Source: Azolla caroliniana (taxonomy: Eukaryota; Plantae; Polypodiophyta). From it: DNA of 64,000 nucleotides. The DNA is taken from positions 372,001-436,000 of the forward strand of contig JBHGNT010000005.1 of NCBI GenBank assembly GCA_043228905.1. The letters run 5' to 3'. A program made the position numbers and the translations under genes. Within the stretch, counting starts at the first letter, position 1. Each line of letters opens with the position of its first letter. The notes beneath the pieces are model-generated. The model made no database searches, was not told where the DNA came from, and saw only the letters and a list, made by a program, of their open reading frames with translations. This document shows, in pieces, positions 24,472 to 35,755 of this stretch.

Positions 24472-24664
24472 GGATCCACAAAATAGACATACAACATTGC
24501 GTGAACCACACACAAATATAACATAAAAGTAGACCTCTAGATCACTTGTGAACAAATGTGTCAATATGGATCCACAAGTAGACATACAACATTGCGTGAA
24601 CCACACACAAATATAACATAAAAGTAGACCTCTAGATCACTTGTGAACAAATGTGTCAATATGG
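24472..24664. repeat. Near-perfect direct tandem repeat of about 96 bp in the divergent intergenic region
   Basis: ggatccacaa..tagacatacaacattgcgtgaaccacacacaaatataacataaaagtagacctctagatcacttgtgaacaaatgtgtcaatatgg twice. Confidence 0.93.
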
Positions 24665-25682
24665 TATCTAACAAGTTGGGTTGAGGATGACCCTAATCCT
24701 TGACATCTGACATTGTCGTCTCATACTGAACAAGCATGAGGTAGCCTAAATATATAGTACAAGAGTTTGATCAATCTAGAAACCAAATCAAGTGCATTTC
24801 CATGCCTTTGAAGTGCACCCACATTATATGGCCATCCTGGTGGACCATGTATCATTCCATAAAGGTGAGCATTTTCTATACAAACGTTAAGCAAACCAAA
24901 ATAAATCAACGATCTTGATGATGAGAGAGTATCAACCAACAATGAGATCCTCTCCTCCCTCCATGTCTAAAAGCAAAATTTTGGTTCCAATTGGTTGCAA
25001 GATATGAAGGAACTCTTTGGGAGATCAAATGCATTTCTTTCATTTTCTTCTTTGGATGATGGAAACCACATTCAGGATTCCTTTTTTCCCCCCCCCCCTT
25101 GCATGTGGACAATAATCCTGCACATTCCCACCACAAAATAGTTCCTCTTCACAATTACAATGTGGGCTTGATATTGCAACATTTTCGTTAGTAAAAGTTT
25201 TCGAGCTTAAGATGGAGGCTTGGAAGGTGGGTGGGGGGTTGACTAGGTGCGGGTCCGGAAGGTTCCGGAGGTTTCCGGACAACTTCTTCTGGACACGGAC
25301 AGATAGACACGGAGTGTGCAGACCGTGGAGAAAGAAATGCTTTGTGGATGGATGGCCTTTTGTTTTGTTTTTGTGGTTAGGCGTCCTTTTCACATTTTTG
25401 CATTTATTGAAGTGAAGCTGGACTCTCCTCCCCTTTCCTGTTCCTGTCCTATCTATTCTATTATCTAATAGCAGCAGTAAAAGCTGGAAGGAAAAAATCT
25501 TCCTGTCAATTCTGCGTGTTTGAAGTATGTAAATAAATGAACGCAGAAGAAGAAGAAGAAGAAGCAGATGAAAGGAAGAAGGAAGAAGGAATTAATAAGG
25601 AAGAAGAAGAAAGGAAGAAGGAAGAAAGGAAGAAGGAAGAAATAAGGAAGAAGGGAAGAAACAAGGAACAGAATAAAGAGTC

Positions 25683-28600
25683 ATGGTGAAGAATATTATA
25701 GGGGTTGCTGTGGGTAAAGGTCCAAGTGGGTTGCAAGCTTTGAGATATGCTGTAGAGGATGAGGAGATCTTGGAAGGTGGAGATATGATGGTGTTCCTTC
25801 TTCATGTTTACCCTCCGGTGCGTTGGGTCATTGGCCCATGTAAGTCTCTCTCTCTCCCCCTCACTTCTCTGGTTTTTCCCTTTTGCTTGTAGATTTGTCT
25901 TGTAAGTCTAATCTCTCCCTCTCTTCCTCTTTGCTTTTTATTTCTTACATATATGTTTTGCGTGTCACGAGAATTTGCTCTGTTTTCCACGAGGAATTTG
26001 CTGTTTTGGCCTATTTAACTTCCCTGTTTCATTTAGAAATTTGTTCTGTGTCTATTGAAGTTCCCTGTTTCGTTAAGGAAATGCTCTGTTTTAATTGATT
26101 AGCTGCACTAGTTCGTCCACAAAGTCCTCTGCTTCATAAAATGTACTACTTTTCATGAAGAAATTGGTCTTTTCCATGAAGGAAAGGCTATTAAAGAGTT
26201 CAGATTGTTCAAGAAACTGGCCTGTTTTATCAAGAAAAGGTGGCGGATTTCTTTGAATTATATCAAAGGAAAAAAAAGCCTATAACGAATTCCAATGGAT
26301 GATTTAAACTGCCAATGAAACAGACACACACACACACACTTACCACTTGATTTCATGCTCTTTAATAGCATAATTGTTTGGTTTTGTGAAATGTAGTGGG
26401 TGATCGTGTTCGAGCCGAACATGCAAGTGCCGCAACCATCAAAAAGTTCAAAGATGAACGTAACCGAAAAGCTGAGAAATTAATCAATCAATATAAAAGC
26501 ATATGTGACAACAAAAAGGTAAAATCAAAATTGTACATACATGAGATGATGATCCATAAAGGTAATTAAATTAATGTCTAAGGTTGAGACCTTATAAAGC
26601 CATGCTTGTTTCTTCCAATCTGGTGTCTCAAGAGCTCAAAAAAGACGAGCCTCTTGCAATTGTGTTGTGTTGAGATGCTAGAAAGCCTTGATTTTCTTTC
26701 AGTGTGTTGTCTTAAGAACTTATGAACCCTTGTTTTTCCTTCAATGTGTTGTGTTTAAGACCTTTTAATACCATGTTTGTCTTCTAATGTATTCTGTTCA
26801 GATTTTATGAATCCACGTTTCCATTTCTTCCAAATCTGAAATAACCTATGTTTTTGTTTCTTTTTTCAGGTCAAGACAGAAGTGCGTTGTGCTGAAGGTG
26901 AAGAAGTCCAGAAGGAGCTGGTGGAACTAATATCCAAACTTGGTCTGACTAAGCTTGTACTAGGAACATCAAAGAAGAATTTGCTCTCAAGGTATCAAAT
27001 TAAAATAGTCCTTTTCTTTGTAACTGATGGCTACCCTTATTCTTTGAAAAGAATCAAAAGATGACCTTTTCCTACATACAAGAAAATTGTAGCCCTAAAA
27101 AAAACTGTAAAATTTCTTGAAATATGATTTTAGGGCTTTAAAAGGAGAAAGCATTGCTACATATGTGGCAAAAAATGCGCCAAATTTCTGCACTGTTATA
27201 GTTATATCCAAAGGAAAGATTATATCTGTTACTGATGCAATGGATAGCTCATCAATTTCCCCATCGAGTGATACCAGTAGCATAAGGAGTGAATTTCGGA
27301 CTGAAGGTATGTGCATATAGCATGCTGCAACATATTGCCTTTCCTTGTAGAATTATGAAACTTCTTTGAGGTTTGAATCCTTTTGAATCGCTGTTCACAT
27401 TTGAGCTTTGGGATTTTCGTAAAGAAGGATAAAACTCATTTGAGCCTTGGGGTTCCTTTATAGAATGTTAAAACTTAAAACATTGTGGTCTATTTTGCAT
27501 GATGCAGATGACGCACTAAGTGAGTATGGAGGCACACGGAGTGATGAAGCTCCTTATTCTCAAATTGGGTTTTCGCCAATGGATTACTCGATGAACCCAA
27601 CTACAGAGTGGATTATTCCTTCAATTCCTCATACACGAAATGAAAATAATAGACTAAGCAATCCTCCTATTGTCCCAATGATCGATACTGGGTCATCACA
27701 TGGTTCGCATAGCCTAGAAGCTGCATCATACCAAGACATTTATGTAGTACCTGATCCCCAACTAAGTAGAGGACATAGCAAGGCCCAATTGATCCATCAA
27801 ATGTCATCTCATGGGCGCATCGATGCAGTTATGGGTGAAGTAAGAATATTTCCCTTCTTGCATATCGATCATACATTTTATTTCTAAAACATTTCAGCCA
27901 ACTAAAAGTACTTTGTCAGGCCTGTTAAGATACATATAAAACACATCAAGCTTTAATAATCTTCAAAATTTATCTCAAATGTTTATTGAATACAAGTCAA
28001 AAAGTTATATGAAAAAACTTGCTGACCGACTAGAAACTGAAGAAAAATAAAGAAAACATTGATGTGGATGGTTTACATACCATGTATACTAATATAGATA
28101 ATGTATTCGCCCTTGTTGTAACTGTCTGTCTTCCCAGAGTGTTGTGGCACACAGTGTTGAACTTTTGGAAAAGGAGCTCACTGAAGCTAAGATGTCTGTG
28201 GAATGGGCTCAGCGAGAAGCAGAGCAACAATCGAAAAGCATAACCAATGCGGAGCGAATTGTTGTGAATGCGAAGAAAATGGTATATGTGCATTTAATCT
28301 TTAATATTGACTAGATGGTATTACCCTTGAAGCAATATGCCATGAGTTAATTCATACTGGTGACAAATTCAGTACTCTCCATGTTGGTGACAAATTCAGT
28401 ACACCCCCTGTTGAATAATTTACCAACATACCCCTCAGTTTACAGAGTTTTCTCTCTACAAATCTTCTTATCTCTTATCGTCCCTCTACAGAAAAATTTC
28501 GGTGAGAGACTAGAGAAAAGAGAGGAACTGCAAAGTGAGGTGTATTTTGGGAAGTTGAGACGGTGAGGAGGTTTTATGGAACCTCATAGGGTAGAATTCC

Positions 28601-30522
28601 CCCTAATTTGGAACATAAAACTAGCTTCTTTGGTTTGTAGACTGAGAGAGAATCTACCCATTTTGTGTTTTGGCAGATTACGGAGGCCGAAAATAAAAGA
28701 AACAATGCTTTGAAAGATGCCCAGATGGCAAAGCTCCAATCATTGGAAGATGCGAGAAGACTTGAAGAAGCCATTGTAGCACTCCAAAAATCCTTGAAAG
28801 AACAAGAAATTTTCAAGAAAAATAGCAAGATTACTATTGATGAATTAACAAGTAGACTAGATGCTTACGAGAAAGATCTCAACATCACGCAGAGAGAGGC
28901 TGAGAGAGTGACGGAGAGATATCGAGAAGCCTTAACAAAGCTAGAAGAACTCACAAAGGCATTGGAAATAGAGTCACAGAAACGAAAAGATGCCGAAAGA
29001 AGAGCTGTGGAGGAGTTTCTTGCAAAGCAAGAAGCACTCAAAGCTTTGAGGAAGCTGCAACAAAAATATACTGAATATACATTTGAAGAATTAAAAGCTG
29101 CGACTGATGATTTTGATGAAAACAACAAGCTGGGTGAAGGAGGGTATGGACCTGTATACAAAGGCAAATTACTTCACACCCCGGTTGCCATTAAGGTTTT
29201 GGCTCGAGAAGGAGTCCACGGCCGAGAAGAGTTTCAGAGAGAGGTAAAATATCTAGGGATCGAGTTAAAGAATTCCATTTTATCAAAGTCTCGTTCCACG
29301 TAGGCCAAGTATCGAAAAATATTCTTGAATGAAATTGAAGTTCATAGCCCATTCTTGAATGGTGATGTATTGTCTTCTAGAAAAGTTTCTAGGACATTCT
29401 GGGATGTCCTAGCTTAGGAAGTTTCTAAAACATTCTAGATGATATTCCCTAGCTTATAGATCATTCTAGAATCATTCTAGCATGACGGTATTGCCTAGCT
29501 TATAGATCATTCTAGAATCATATTTGCCTAAGTTATAGCGATGTTTCTAGGATATTTTTGAGAATGATAATGTGGAGTTAATAGTACCTTACAAGCTTCT
29601 AGAGAAGTCAAAGGACGTTTTTAAGCTAGACCATAGGTGCACATTTCAACTCCTATTCTTGCCATGGTTGCCGCAAGTGACAATCACCCCATTGTGAGAG
29701 ATTTACTTTTTTCCTTCTACAATGTACAATATACACTAAATTCTCATCATTTTAAGCAAATGTGTTTTTTTTTTTGCTTAATTACAGGTAGAGCTGCTTA
29801 GCCACATCCATCATCCACACTTGGTGATGCTACTTGGCGCGTGCCCAAAGGAAGCTTGCATCGTATATGAGTATATGTCCAATGGTAGCCTTGAGGATTG
29901 TCTCAAAGGAAAAGGTGGAAGGCCACCGCTTCCCTGGTATGTCCGGTTTCGCATTTGCTTCGAAGTGGCAACTGCATTGTTCTTTCTCCACTCTCGACCT
30001 GAACCCATTGCCCATCGCGACCTCAAACCTGGGAACATTTTACTAGATCACAATTATGTTAGCAAAATTGGTGATGTTGGCATAGCAAAACTAGTTCCTC
30101 CCAAGAATGATAACCTCTCTTATAGTATAACTATGTATAAGGAGACAGTGCTCATGGGAACTCTTGCTTACATGGATCCTGACTACCAACGAACTGGCGT
30201 TGTCAGTTGTGAGTGTGATGTATATGCACTTGGGATCGTTATGCTTCAACTCTTAACTGGACGGCCTCCACTTGGCGTTGCAGTTTTGGTTGAAGATGCA
30301 ATTGATAATAACAGACTGGTTGACATTCTTGATAAATCAGCTGGTGACTGGCCGATAGAAGATGCGAAAGCGCTTGCTGATTTGAGTTTGGAATGTATGG
30401 AGCCACGAAGAAAGCATCGGCCTAGTTTGGAAATGAGAGTGCTTCCTTTTCTTGAAGAACTTTGGGGGAATGCGGATTGTGTTGCATCAAAAATTGGCTG
30501 TATCGGATCATCTGCCTCATGA
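25683..30522 (+). CDS. USP domain-coiled coil-Ser/Thr kinase (RLCK-IX / PUB35-like), about 783 aa, no U-box
   Basis: Exons 25683-25839, 26397-26518, 26870-26991, 27134-27306, 27508-27839, 28138-28281, 28677-29243, 29788-30522 give a continuous 2352-nt frame. USP: IIGVAVGKG...ALRYAV...LLHV...KLVLG. Kinase: GEGGYG, VAIK, HRDLKPGN, DVG, GTLAYMDPDY, DVYALG. Confidence 0.92.
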
Positions 30523-31936
30523 CCAATGTCTCCCGAAACAAACCCATTAACATCATCATTGGATTGTTAAATCTCACATGTGATATATTTGTAACAAAGA
30601 ATCCCTTGATAAAAAATCTTTTAAAAGATTAATCATTCAACCAAATGTTTGTAATAGCTAACTATCTGATTGAATGTTTATAACAAATGGCTGACATAAA
30701 AGCATTTTTTTTGTTCTTTTGCCTAATTCTTGTGGATTATGAGAAAAATGACCAGATGACTGAATTGTATAGTGAAGCCAAATATTTGTTGGAAACTATG
30801 ATTCTAAGCACGTGGTACTGAATCAGAATTATTGCTTGGTTTTGTTATCAGTGTTACATTGTAAAGTTGATGCTACTATTTTCACTTGTGTGGTGGAGAG
30901 AATGCCACATATGATCTCAAACTAAAGTTATGAGTAGTTTACATATTGACTAACGTGCATGTGAAGGTGATTACCTTACTCAAGAGTCAATGATAGAGGG
31001 GTGAGAAGTTGTGGTGGCGGTGTGTCTTTTCTTGTAGGTGTCCCAACATATTTGGTTAATGTTTGTCTACTAGTGTTACAATTTTCTATTCTTTGCAGCA
31101 TCATTCCACTTGAATATGATTGCACCAATAGAGCATGATTTGATGTTTATCGTGAGTGTATCATGGGGTAAGTTGTACAAATAGTGTTTCTACATGTCAT
31201 CAATCAAAACTATCAGTATTTGTCCAAGCCAAAAGGAAGGATTTAGCTAGCATCCTAAGGTTGGGTTGATGGGCAATGTGTTTTCCTATCCTTTGCTTTT
31301 AGCCACATGCATGTGGAATCTTAAATTTCACAACTATTTTGAGAGAGAGAGAGAGAGAGAGAGGTGATGACGATCATAAGTTGGTGTCCTTTGAATGCAA
31401 GTATATGGGCTTTTGTTACTTGTGTGTAGTTGTTGAGTGATTCTATGTTTGAAGGAGCTGGGTTTGTAGAGAAGGTGGTTTCCACTTGCAAAAGAGAGAC
31501 AAAAATAGAGCTTATATGGTTATACCTTATTTGGTAAGATTGTTAATCGAAGGCTTGGAATTTAAAAGAATATAAAAACCTCCTTCCCTCTTACTGTCTT
31601 GCTTGGGTGAGCCTTGTGTAAACACACACATTATCCTTCAACTCTATGTGAGGCTGGCATGGTACACAATCTGACAAGTAGTGAATGTAGGGAACCCACA
31701 AGACGTCAAAACTCATTGTCAAAACAGTCATAGATTAGCAGAAAACATAGGCAAACCATGATGGGCAAATGGAGACATGAAAACTCATCTTTGAAATAAC
31801 CAAACCCATTTCTAAGGGCTTTGCAATGGCATCAAAATGCGAGTCAATACTATATCCTGTTGCCTTCTATGGCAAGAAGAAGAAGAAGTGGTTGTAGCGA
31901 TCGTTGAACTGTATCTTTTTCCTCTCACTCAAACCA

Positions 31937-33781
31937 ATGTCGAAGCCATGGCTACTCGCCCATGTCAGACACTACATGTGTTCTTCGAATTTCAAGACGA
32001 TAAATTCACGCATCTTCCCCAGACAAAACAGAGATTTCTCCATTTCCCCTTACATCGACCAGTTCACTTCTCAAACACTTTATGAGAAATTGAAGACAAC
32101 TCACTTCACTGTTTACAGATTTATGTCCGAAAAAGCTCGAAATTCGGATGAAGAGATGGATCCGGGTAACGGACATTCAAATCCCACCAGAAATGGAGAC
32201 CTTTTAAAAGAGATTTGCAAAGCTACAGAAGGATATAGATGGACTCAACACACAGAAGATCTCCTCAAACCTTATGAAAACAAGATTTCTTCTCATCTTG
32301 TCGCTATGGTGATTCTTCAAAAACCGCTTGTCATGGCTAGACGCTTCTTTGAGTGGGCAGATCAAAAGGTACTTCTTGATTTCTATGCTTACCATGCTCT
32401 ATTAAAGAAAATGGGCGAATATAAACAGTTTGCCGAGATGTGGTCTTTGTTAGAAACCATGAAAAGACATGGATGTGAGATCAATTCTACCACTTTTTGC
32501 ATTATCATTAAAGCTTATGGGGCAGCCGGTATGACCCATGAATGTATGGTAGTGTTCTCGAGAGCACATCAATTCGATGTTGATCTCAATGTTGATATGT
32601 ATACCACTCTTCTCAGTATGCTTTTTAAGGCCAAAATGATCAATCAAGCTAAGTATACATTTGAAAGAATGTTGCAAGATACTTCGAATGTGGATTCATC
32701 AGCTTGGGCTGCAATTATCCGCGGATTTGGTACAAATGGATGTGTCCGCGAAGCTGAAAAATGTTGGGATCGAATGATTGATAGTGGATTCAAGCCTAAA
32801 TTAGTTCATTACAATTGCCTTATTGAAGGGTTCTGTGAATCCAAATCGATGAATAAGGCATTATTTACACTAGCAGCAATGCAAGATGAAGGTTTGAAGC
32901 CAAATGCATACACATTAAACCCGATTCTTGGAGCTCTTTGTAAGACAGGTAGGTTTTCTGAGGCTCTAAACATATTCTTTAGCATGAGAAACTTTTGTGC
33001 ACCGAATCAAGCCACTTGCAACATACTTTTGGAAGGGTTGTTCTTGAATAGAGATGTGGAGAAGGCATGCGAACTCTTTGAATTGATGGAAGAGGAAGGA
33101 TTAGTTGATACTAGGAGTTATTTTCTTATCACATCAGGTCTGAAGAAGGCTAAGGAGACAGGTAAGCTAATGTCTGTATGCAAAGCACTGCATGCTAAAC
33201 ATGGTAATACTTATGAAGTGATATTTAATGCACTTCTTCAATGCTTGTGTGAGGGCCAAAGTATGGATGAAGCTGTAGCATTTTTCAATGGATTGAAGCA
33301 TCCGAATGTTGCATCATTTGCCATGATGATAAATTGTTATTGCAAGTCAGGAAAGCTTGATGAAGCTATGGTGCTTCTCACTGACATGGATAAGAGAGAT
33401 TGTGAGCCTAATGCATTTTGCTATACCCCCCTCTTAGGGGCAATTTTGAGAGCTGATAGAATAAGCGATGGGTTAAAATTATTTGATGAGATGGTTCGAA
33501 GAGGTATCGAGACAAATGATATCACTTGTGGGTTTCTTCTTAGGAAATTAGGGCAGGCGAATATGGTGGATGGTATTATTAAGGTTTGTAGTCATGTCAT
33601 GGATAACAATATATCTATCAAATGGCATTTTTTGGGTCCCTTGATAAAGAGTTGGAAGAATACAGGAAGAGCAGAAGAGGCTGATACACTTCTAAGAGCA
33701 TTGGTGAGACAAGGATGCATAAATGAACAAAGTTTAAAAGAGCTAAAATCATCACCAGAAACATTTATAGGATGGTCTTAG
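31937..33781 (+). CDS. P-class pentatricopeptide repeat protein, probably organelle-targeted, single exon
   Basis: Tandem 35-aa PPR motifs (e.g. HYNCLIEGFCESKSMNKALFTLAAMQDEGLKPNAY; SFAMMINCYCKSGKLDEAMVLLTDMDKRDCEPNAF). First ATG at 31937; the track start at 31904 is TTG. Confidence 0.93.
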   Translation: MSKPWLLAHVRHYMCSSNFKTINSRIFPRQNRDFSISPYIDQFTSQTLYEKLKTTHFTVYRFMSEKARNSDEEMDPGNGHSNPTRNGDLLKEICKATEGYRWTQHTEDLLKPYENKISSHLVAMVILQKPLVMARRFFEWADQKVLLDFYAYHALLKKMGEYKQFAEMWSLLETMKRHGCEINSTTFCIIIKAYGAAGMTHECMVVFSRAHQFDVDLNVDMYTTLLSMLFKAKMINQAKYTFERMLQDTSNVDSSAWAAIIRGFGTNGCVREAEKCWDRMIDSGFKPKLVHYNCLIEGFCESKSMNKALFTLAAMQDEGLKPNAYTLNPILGALCKTGRFSEALNIFFSMRNFCAPNQATCNILLEGLFLNRDVEKACELFELMEEEGLVDTRSYFLITSGLKKAKETGKLMSVCKALHAKHGNTYEVIFNALLQCLCEGQSMDEAVAFFNGLKHPNVASFAMMINCYCKSGKLDEAMVLLTDMDKRDCEPNAFCYTPLLGAILRADRISDGLKLFDEMVRRGIETNDITCGFLLRKLGQANMVDGIIKVCSHVMDNNISIKWHFLGPLIKSWKNTGRAEEADTLLRALVRQGCINEQSLKELKSSPETFIGWS

Positions 33782-34499
33782 ATGGTCTACCTTTTTCTCC
33801 TGGAATTAATACTTAAATCCTCTAGGATAGATGGATATGTAAGCTAATAAAATGATCAAAACGGCTTTGGCTTTGATATTGGCCCAAGCTAGGCAGTTGA
33901 GCTCATTGAAATTCATTCAATACAAAAATCGAAAAACCTTTTCAACAATAATTCATTCAACATTCTTGAACTGTTGTTTATTTTTTCTTGCATGTAAAAT
34001 ATTGGGAACAAAAGCAGTGGTTCCATGTATAACCAAAGTGATTGGATTGGAGAGGTACTCTGAACTTTGACAAGGTTTTTAACAAAGAATATCCTTGTCA
34101 AAAAAAATATTGTTTCTCTTTTTGATAATTGTCAAATATATGGGAGTTCAATTTCAATTGTTTCAGATGAGAGTAATTATAAAAATCCGAACCCTCTTGG
34201 TGTTTTTGGATTGCCATTGGTATATTTGGTTCAAAATAATAACTTTCATCTGAATTTCTGTAACCAAATAACAGTGTTATTTAGTTGCTGTTTACTCTTT
34301 GCAATTCATTTTGTTCTCTAAATGACGGGGTCATATACAGAAACAGTAAATCAATCGGTAAAAGAGTGTTCAAAGCACCCCATTGTTCACATTGAAAGTG
34401 ATCCCAATTAAACACAACAAACTCACACAACCTTCACCTCTCTACGTATATTGGTTGGCTGGATGCATGTGAAATTAGAATTATTTTTTCCTAAAGGTT

Positions 34500-34830
34500 C
34501 ACAATCTATGTTCTTTGTGCAGTAAAATCATCCACTACCTTTGTATGTAGCAGAAGGCCTATTTGTGTAGTAATTATCCAAGGACTTGGAGCAAAACCTT
34601 GAGGACATATGACATGTGCGAACAAATGGTGTTCTCGGAACCTAAGGTAACTCACCACTACCTTAATTATGACATCTTGAGACATTGTCAAGTCTCTATT
34701 GGTGAGGCCAAGCTCTTTTCTTTCAAATACCTTTGCATCAATATTCAGGTGATATTCAATGGCATGCAACACTGATGGTATCAATATCCACCATATAACA
34801 GAAGGTAACATTTAGTGGTATGAGTTTCCA
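34500..34830 (-). mobile_element. Possible degenerate Ty3/gypsy reverse-transcriptase fragment
   Basis: LRFREHHLFA-HVICPQGFAPSP resembles the LREHKLYA...HVIS.EGI..DP end of gypsy RT with a deletion; short and eroded. Confidence 0.3.
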
Positions 34831-35755
34831 CCTTGTCTTGAGATTTTACATATGCAATGCAATGTATTACGTACATAGTACCCTCATTAATTATGTATTG
34901 TTATTGTAGATTTTTACCTTGTCTTGAAGCTTTCCACATGCAACCCATTGTATTTACATGGATTGTTCTCAAAATTATCGTATTTTATTTTTAGAATACT
35001 TTGGATATTCTACACGTATTCTACAATTTAGAACTACCATTTAAAAAAAAATTAAATATTATTTTTGAAAAAGAGTTTAAATTTTAAAAAGTATTTAACA
35101 TATTCTACATGTATTTACGACATTTTATATATGGAATATGCATTCTAAGTATTAAAAAAAAGGGTAGAATAGATTTAGAGTACCTCACATATGTATCATA
35201 TGCTCATTGCTAAGTATTCTACAACTATAATTACATGAAAAAATATGTAATGGCACAAGCGAAAGCTATGAAAACTGAACATTAATAGTGCATTCACTTG
35301 TCCGTAGCCCATTTACAACAACCTTTGACTTTCATGTATTGAAAGCTTAATTTTCTACCATTTTACCAGAACATTCCTCAACTCTTAATGATGTCCTTGT
35401 AAATACCTAACTTTCATCATTTGACTTGTAAAAATTCTTACTCCCCAAGTATCAGAGCCAAATTTCCATCCTGTGTGCATGTGTGTGGTAACAAGATGTT
35501 GTTGTTCTTGTGCCGATTATTTCAAAGAGAGTTATTGCAAAGCAAGTTTTTATTATTGACGATATTAGCATGGCTGGTATCGTAAGTTCCATTTCGACAC
35601 ATTTCTCTATACTTATCATTCATGAAAGAGAAAAAGAAAGAACCCAGAAAACATGTACAAGTGCTTCTTTCTGTATGTACAATTCCATTTGGTTTTCATA
35701 AGGGAATGCTTTGTTTTGCCTCCCCATCTACTAGAAAGTGGATGCTTGGATGTTG

